Shown: in pieces, positions 51,807-56,889 of the stretch | Layout of the letters: every line of letters starts with the position of its first letter | Numbering within the stretch: the stretch's first letter is position 1 | Source: a virus | Taxonomy: Duplodnaviria > Caudoviricetes | IMG/VR virus record: IMGVR_UViG_3300042465_004126 | Coordinates: 1 to 56,889 of that record | Length of the DNA: 56,889 bases | Reading direction: 5' to 3' (one strand) | Made by a program: the position numbers and the translations under genes | Notes under the pieces: model-generated | Seen by the model: only the letters and a program-made list of their open reading frames with translations | Told to the model about the DNA's origin: nothing | Databases searched by the model: none

Positions 51807-53792
51807 ATGTCTGACGTTCCAAGCAACCTAATACCCACGCGAATTACGCAGCTGCCAACAGCTCCTGTGGCTGACGAAAACAGCCTGATGATGATTGTCT
51901 ACCAAGGCAATAATTACCAGATCCGTGTTGGTGACTTGCTCAGTGTGACCGGAGTGCCTATAACTAGGCAAGTGATTGCTGGTACGGGTCTGACAGGCGG
52001 CGGTGCGCTCTCTAGCAACGTGACGCTTAGCGTTGCTGTTGGTGGGATTGGTGGCACTCAGCTTAACTCAACTGGCGTGACTCCCGGTGTTTACGGCAAC
52101 TCCACGAACATCCCGGTTTTTACCGTTGACACGAATGGCCGCGTGTCTGCAGCAACTACCATTCAAGCTGCCGTCCCATCGGTCACAGGAACCCCAGACC
52201 AAATTGCCATTTCAGCAGGGCCAACTGTAGCCATAGCTAGTAACCCAGTTCTGCCGGGTAGTGGCGGTGTTGTTGTGCCAGCGGGAACAACAGGCCAACG
52301 CGGTACGGCCGTTGATGGCAATTTCCGCTACAACTCAACAACTGCATCTTTTGAGGGATACGCCAACGGCCTTTGGGGCACAATTCCTAGCGGTGTTGGC
52401 GTCAACTCAATATCGTTTGGCACAACGGGACTGACTCCAGCAACAGCAACTACAGGCTCGGTGACGGTTGCCGGAGTTCTTGCAATTGCAAACGGCGGTA
52501 CGGGGAACACGAGTGGAACCGCAACAGTAAACGCAAACCTGACAGGCGCAGTCACATCCGTTGGAAACGCAACCTCACTGGGTTCGTTCACCTCTGCCCA
52601 GTTGCTCGCAGCTCTAACCAACGAAACAGGCACCGGCGTTGCAGTGTTCGGAACTTCACCTACAATTACCACCAGCTTAGGCACCGGATCTACTACATTT
52701 GCATTGATTAACACCAACGCAACCACAATCAATTTTGGCGGCGCAGCTACAGCCGTAAACATTGGTGCAGCAACAGGCACTGCTACTGTTAACAACACAA
52801 CCCTCGCAGCCAAAGCTATCACAGCATCCACTACGTTGGGCGTGACGGGCTTATCCACATTGTCAAGCGGCGCTATTGTTCAAGGCTTGACTGTTGGGTT
52901 GGGCGGTAGCGCGGTAGCTACCAATACTTCAATTGGCTACCAAGTCCTAGGGACTAACACTTCTGGCAGCAATAATACCGGGGTGGGTTATAACGCGCTA
53001 CTCAATAATAATACAGGCAGTTCTAATACTGGGATAGGGTATCTTGCACTAACCAACACTACTGACAGTTCTAATACTGGGATAGGTAGTACCGCATTAC
53101 TCAATAATACTACGGGCAATTATAATACTGGGGTAGGGGATTCTGCGTTATATAGCAACGTCGTAGGCATTCGCAATGTTGCGGTGGGAGCTGATGCACT
53201 AGTCCAAAACACCGGAAGTTTTAATACTGCATGCGGAAGTGGGGCACTTGGCACAACCACTACAGGCAGCAATAATACTGCAATTGGTTATAACTCCGGC
53301 AATGCGATTACTACAGGAGCTAACAACGTAGTCGTCGGCAGCTACACAGGCTCTGCCGCACCAATTTCCGCAATAGGTAGCAATTACATAGTATTGAGCG
53401 ATGGCGCTGGTACAGTTCGCCAAACCATCGACCCATCAGGTAATGTCAGTTTTACTGGAGGAATTACATCCCGTGTAGTGGTAATTGCAGACGCAACATC
53501 CGTCACTGTCAATACCGACACAACCGACATTGCAACTCAGGCCAATACGCAGGCAGTGGGCACGTTGACAGTTAATGCTCCAACGGGCACGGCTGTTAAT
53601 GGGCAAAAATTCATCCTGAGACTGACCAGCACTAACGTCCAAACTTTTGCTTGGAATGCGGTTTTTGCAGGCTCGGTAGACATCACTTTGCCAACGGTAT
53701 CGAGCGGCGGCGGTAAAACAGATTACCTTGGCTTTATCTACAACAGCACCGCTGCTAAGTGGCAGATGATTGCTAAAGTCTTTGGGTTCTGA
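51807..53792 (+). CDS. Tail fibre protein with YadA-like head repeats
   Basis: Shaft motifs ('AGTGLTGGG.L', 'TGVTPG.YG....P.FTVD..GR'), repeated 'NT[GA]xG..AL..N' 14-mers. Confidence 0.8.
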   Translation: MSDVPSNLIPTRITQLPTAPVADENSLMMIVYQGNNYQIRVGDLLSVTGVPITRQVIAGTGLTGGGALSSNVTLSVAVGGIGGTQLNSTGVTPGVYGNSTNIPVFTVDTNGRVSAATTIQAAVPSVTGTPDQIAISAGPTVAIASNPVLPGSGGVVVPAGTTGQRGTAVDGNFRYNSTTASFEGYANGLWGTIPSGVGVNSISFGTTGLTPATATTGSVTVAGVLAIANGGTGNTSGTATVNANLTGAVTSVGNATSLGSFTSAQLLAALTNETGTGVAVFGTSPTITTSLGTGSTTFALINTNATTINFGGAATAVNIGAATGTATVNNTTLAAKAITASTTLGVTGLSTLSSGAIVQGLTVGLGGSAVATNTSIGYQVLGTNTSGSNNTGVGYNALLNNNTGSSNTGIGYLALTNTTDSSNTGIGSTALLNNTTGNYNTGVGDSALYSNVVGIRNVAVGADALVQNTGSFNTACGSGALGTTTTGSNNTAIGYNSGNAITTGANNVVVGSYTGSAAPISAIGSNYIVLSDGAGTVRQTIDPSGNVSFTGGITSRVVVIADATSVTVNTDTTDIATQANTQAVGTLTVNAPTGTAVNGQKFILRLTSTNVQTFAWNAVFAGSVDITLPTVSSGGGKTDYLGFIYNSTAAKWQMIAKVFGF

Positions 53793-53793
53793 C

Positions 53794-53958
53794 ATGGTCA
53801 CAATCAATTTTGAGTTTGATAGCCCATACGGCAAGTATGCGGATGCTATTGTCTTGCTTGACGGCCAAACCATGACCGACGCAGAGATTGAAGCCATGAA
53901 GCAAGCTCGGTACGACAACTGGCTTGCGGCTATCACAAACCTTCCGGTTGAGGAATAA
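53794..53958 (+). CDS. Small tail-associated protein
   Basis: 'I.FEFD..YG.Y.DA..L......TDAEIEAMKQ.R.DNWLA.I' between fibre genes. Confidence 0.6.
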   Translation: MVTINFEFDSPYGKYADAIVLLDGQTMTDAEIEAMKQARYDNWLAAITNLPVEE

Positions 53959-53960
53959 GC

Positions 53961-56855
53961 ATGGCTGATAGATACTGGGTAGGCGGTGCGGGAACGTGGG
54001 ACGCAACCACTACGACCAACTGGTCTGCCACATCAGGCGGGTTAGGCGGTGCTTCTGCACCTACGTCTATTGATAACGCCATCTTCAACACGCTATCCAA
54101 CGCCACGGCCTATGCGGTCACTGTAGGCACAAACGCCAACGCGCTGGACATCACCATTGCTGGCCCTGCTGTGGGCAACGTAACTATCACATCTGGTGCT
54201 ACAGCGGTTATCAACTGCTACGGTAGCTGGACAAACGCAGCGACTGGCGTTGTATTTACTACGACTACTGGCGCAACCATTAACTTTTTAGCAACCACAA
54301 CTGGCAAAACCATCACGACTAACGCCGTGACGTTAGGTGGTATGCAAGTTATTTTTAACGGCGTAGGCGGCGCATGGACACTTGGTAGTGCATTAACTAC
54401 TACGCAAGGAATTGTTGTAACTGCGGGAAGTTTTAGTACAAGTGGCAGTAATTACGCACTTGCCACCACTCAAATTTCTTCAAGCAACAGTAATGTTCGT
54501 TCCATATTGTTGAACGCATCTGTCGTAACTATTAGCGGCGCAACTTTTGTAAACTTTACTATAACAACTAATCTGACGTTCGACGCTGGTACTTCCACAA
54601 TTACCGCAAGTAGTGCTTCCAATACTCTTAATAGTGGTGGATTGACTTTCTACAACGTCAGTTTTACTGGCGTGACTGCTCTCACGCACACAATTAACGG
54701 CGCAAATACATTCAATAATTTGACGTTTACGAGCAGAACCACTGATGGTGTTGGTTCTATTAATATTTCGGCAAACCAGACCATCAGCGGGACACTAACA
54801 CTTGGGGCAGCTAATACGGCAGTCCGCAGGTTGTTTGTTCGTTCTGACACGATTGGCACTCAACGCACGTTGACGGTTGCTACGATAGCCACCCTTGCAG
54901 ACGTAGATTTCCAAGACATTGTGGCGGCAGGCGCATCTGGAACTTGGTCTGGCACACGTTTGGGCAATTGCACCAACAACAGCAACATCACATTTGGCGC
55001 GGGACAAACTGTTTATTGGAATTTAGCGGGAGCACAGAACTGGAGTGCAGTTGCTTGGGCTACATCGTCGGGTGGCGCTCCAGCGGTAAACAATTTTCCA
55101 TTGGCTCAAGACACGGCAATCTTTGACAATACAGGCAGTGTTACTGGAACTATCACGATTCAAATTGGCTGGGCTTTACCAGCAATAAACATCACCAAGA
55201 CAGGCGCAATGACGCTTGCAAGTGGTACACAAACGCCTCGTATTTTTGGTAATCTGACCTTGCAAGCAGCTACTGTAACTACTGGCTCAGGAATATTGAC
55301 GTATGCTGCCTACGGGGTTACATCGACCATTACATCCAATACGGCAACCTTTGCGCCTCCATTGACGGTTAACTCGACCGCAGGAGGCATAACGTTTGCA
55401 GATGGATTTACACAGCCAAACACGGTTACAACCGTACTGACCAATGGCACGTTGGATTTAAACGGTTTTACGTTGACTACTGGGTTGTTTATCTCAAACA
55501 ACAACAACACCAGAGCAATAGCTTTTGGTACGGGTAAGATTGTTTTGACTGCTACTTCTGGAGTTATTTTTAACATTGCCGGAAGCAATATAACAGCTAC
55601 CGGAACAAACCCATTAATTCAAGCAACTGCTGGCGGCGCTGGAACTCGTACCATTTCTATGTCGGCAAATGGTGAGGCTAATGCCATAAGTGTAGATGTC
55701 ACTTCTGGCTCGGACATAATTAGCATTGGAACAACAAATGGCGCATACAAAAATGTGGACTTTACAGGGTTTACTGGTACGGTTTCTTTGGGAAATTCAA
55801 TTTTAGTTTTTGGCAATTGGAATTACGGCGGCACAACTATACAAGGTGCGGGTGCAGGCACAGTAAATTTTGCAGCCACATCAGGCACAAAAACAATTAC
55901 GTCAAACGGTTTTAGTTTTCCGGGAAACGTAACTTTCAGCGGTGTAGGCGGCACTTTTCAACTTCAAGACGATCTAACTTCTGGTGCTACTCGCACTTGC
56001 ACACTAACCACTGGTACGCTGGATTTTAATGGTTTTACGCTGACTACTGGTATTTTTAGTGGAACAGGTAGTGGCGTTCGTAAATTTGCAAATAATACGG
56101 CAAGTATTATTGTTACTGGTAACGCTACTACGGTTGTTGGTTTTGGAACAACTGGAAATTTTACTGCGGACTTTACCCCCGTATTTGAGTTGAACTATTC
56201 TGGTTCTGTTGGAACGCGAACTGTTTCGTGGGGTTCGTTAAATTTACTTTATGTTCCTAATATAAACGTAACGGCTGGAAGCGATATAGTCACAACGGGC
56301 GGTACAACTACAGTAAACAATTTTAACTTTACAGGTTTTACCGGAACTTTAGGCAATGCTACCCGCAACATTTACGGAAACCTCACGCTTGTTTCTGGAA
56401 TGGCTACCCCGTCTTCAGGTTCTTTAGTTACTAGTTTTATTGGCGTTAGCTCCCAAACTATAACCACCGCAGGGCAAACGCTAGATTTTCCCGTTACCTT
56501 TAATGGTGTAGGCGGTACGTTTGCTTGCCAAGACGCATTAACGCTTGGCTCAACGCAACCGCTGACGCTGACCAACGGCACGTTGCAACTCAAGTCAGGC
56601 ACAACAAACACAGTCGGTTCGTTTGCCACATCAGGTACAAACCAGAAGTTTCTGTCAGCAACAACACCCGGTTCACAAGCTACACTATCTGATGCCAGCG
56701 GTACAAACAGCGTCAGCTACCTAACCATCCAAGACAGCAATGCTACGGGTGGTGCAGTATTCCAAGCCTTTACCTCAGACTTTAATGTTGATTCAGGCAA
56801 TAATACCGGATGGAAATTTAATAATGCCGGCGGTGCTTTTCTAATGTTTTTTTAA
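53961..56855 (+). CDS. Large beta-helix adhesin / tail spike-like protein
   Basis: 964 aa Thr/Gly/Asn-rich; 'RYWVGG.GTW', repeated 'LT.GTLD.NGFTLTTG' and 'F.GVGG.[WF]'; ends 'DSGNNTGW.F'. Confidence 0.75.
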   Translation: MADRYWVGGAGTWDATTTTNWSATSGGLGGASAPTSIDNAIFNTLSNATAYAVTVGTNANALDITIAGPAVGNVTITSGATAVINCYGSWTNAATGVVFTTTTGATINFLATTTGKTITTNAVTLGGMQVIFNGVGGAWTLGSALTTTQGIVVTAGSFSTSGSNYALATTQISSSNSNVRSILLNASVVTISGATFVNFTITTNLTFDAGTSTITASSASNTLNSGGLTFYNVSFTGVTALTHTINGANTFNNLTFTSRTTDGVGSINISANQTISGTLTLGAANTAVRRLFVRSDTIGTQRTLTVATIATLADVDFQDIVAAGASGTWSGTRLGNCTNNSNITFGAGQTVYWNLAGAQNWSAVAWATSSGGAPAVNNFPLAQDTAIFDNTGSVTGTITIQIGWALPAINITKTGAMTLASGTQTPRIFGNLTLQAATVTTGSGILTYAAYGVTSTITSNTATFAPPLTVNSTAGGITFADGFTQPNTVTTVLTNGTLDLNGFTLTTGLFISNNNNTRAIAFGTGKIVLTATSGVIFNIAGSNITATGTNPLIQATAGGAGTRTISMSANGEANAISVDVTSGSDIISIGTTNGAYKNVDFTGFTGTVSLGNSILVFGNWNYGGTTIQGAGAGTVNFAATSGTKTITSNGFSFPGNVTFSGVGGTFQLQDDLTSGATRTCTLTTGTLDFNGFTLTTGIFSGTGSGVRKFANNTASIIVTGNATTVVGFGTTGNFTADFTPVFELNYSGSVGTRTVSWGSLNLLYVPNINVTAGSDIVTTGGTTTVNNFNFTGFTGTLGNATRNIYGNLTLVSGMATPSSGSLVTSFIGVSSQTITTAGQTLDFPVTFNGVGGTFACQDALTLGSTQPLTLTNGTLQLKSGTTNTVGSFATSGTNQKFLSATTPGSQATLSDASGTNSVSYLTIQDSNATGGAVFQAFTSDFNVDSGNNTGWKFNNAGGAFLMFF

Positions 56856-56889
56856 TTTTTAGAGGTACTTTCTAATGGCTCAATCAGGC
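56763..56889. repeat. Terminal direct repeat, copy 2
   Basis: Identical to 1-127. Confidence 0.95.

Noticed and set aside
1-56889. Integrase/repressor, tRNA genes, DNA methyltransferase, alternative genetic code
   Set aside because: None was recognised by eye. Genes are full length in the standard code and use TAA, TGA and TAG stops. A tRNA scan was not run.

Overview
This window is an apparently complete, circularly assembled genome of a lytic tailed phage. It has about 56,762 unique bp, and bases 1-127 are repeated exactly at 56763-56889. The + strand carries a podovirus-like virion module that wraps around the ends: TerS/TerL, a large polyvalent-type protein, portal, GroES-like co-chaperonin, scaffold, Mu-gpT-like major capsid, adaptors, several tail-fibre/adhesin genes, a lysis cassette and four large putative ejection proteins. 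The - strand (17.1-33.1 kb) carries small early genes, RuvC, an exonuclease, SSB, a Sak4-like ATPase, a family-B DNA polymerase and a thymidine-hypermodification cluster. That cluster comprises a dUMP hydroxymethylase, P-loop kinase, two aGPT-Pplase/amino-acid:DNA-transferase-like proteins, a PLP enzyme, an HD hydrolase and DUF3310. An SF2 helicase and a primase-helicase diverge from it on the + strand. I saw no integrase, tRNA, CRISPR array or reverse transcriptase. The most notable unexplained signals are a recurring [MFY]-[AKS]-x-G-G peptide in putative internal virion proteins, an M[AS]KFGFDV N-terminus shared by SSB and primase, TAACT-repeat leaders on early genes, a structured RNA after the capsid gene and an iteron-like origin. 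All family calls come from motif recognition by eye, not from database searches.
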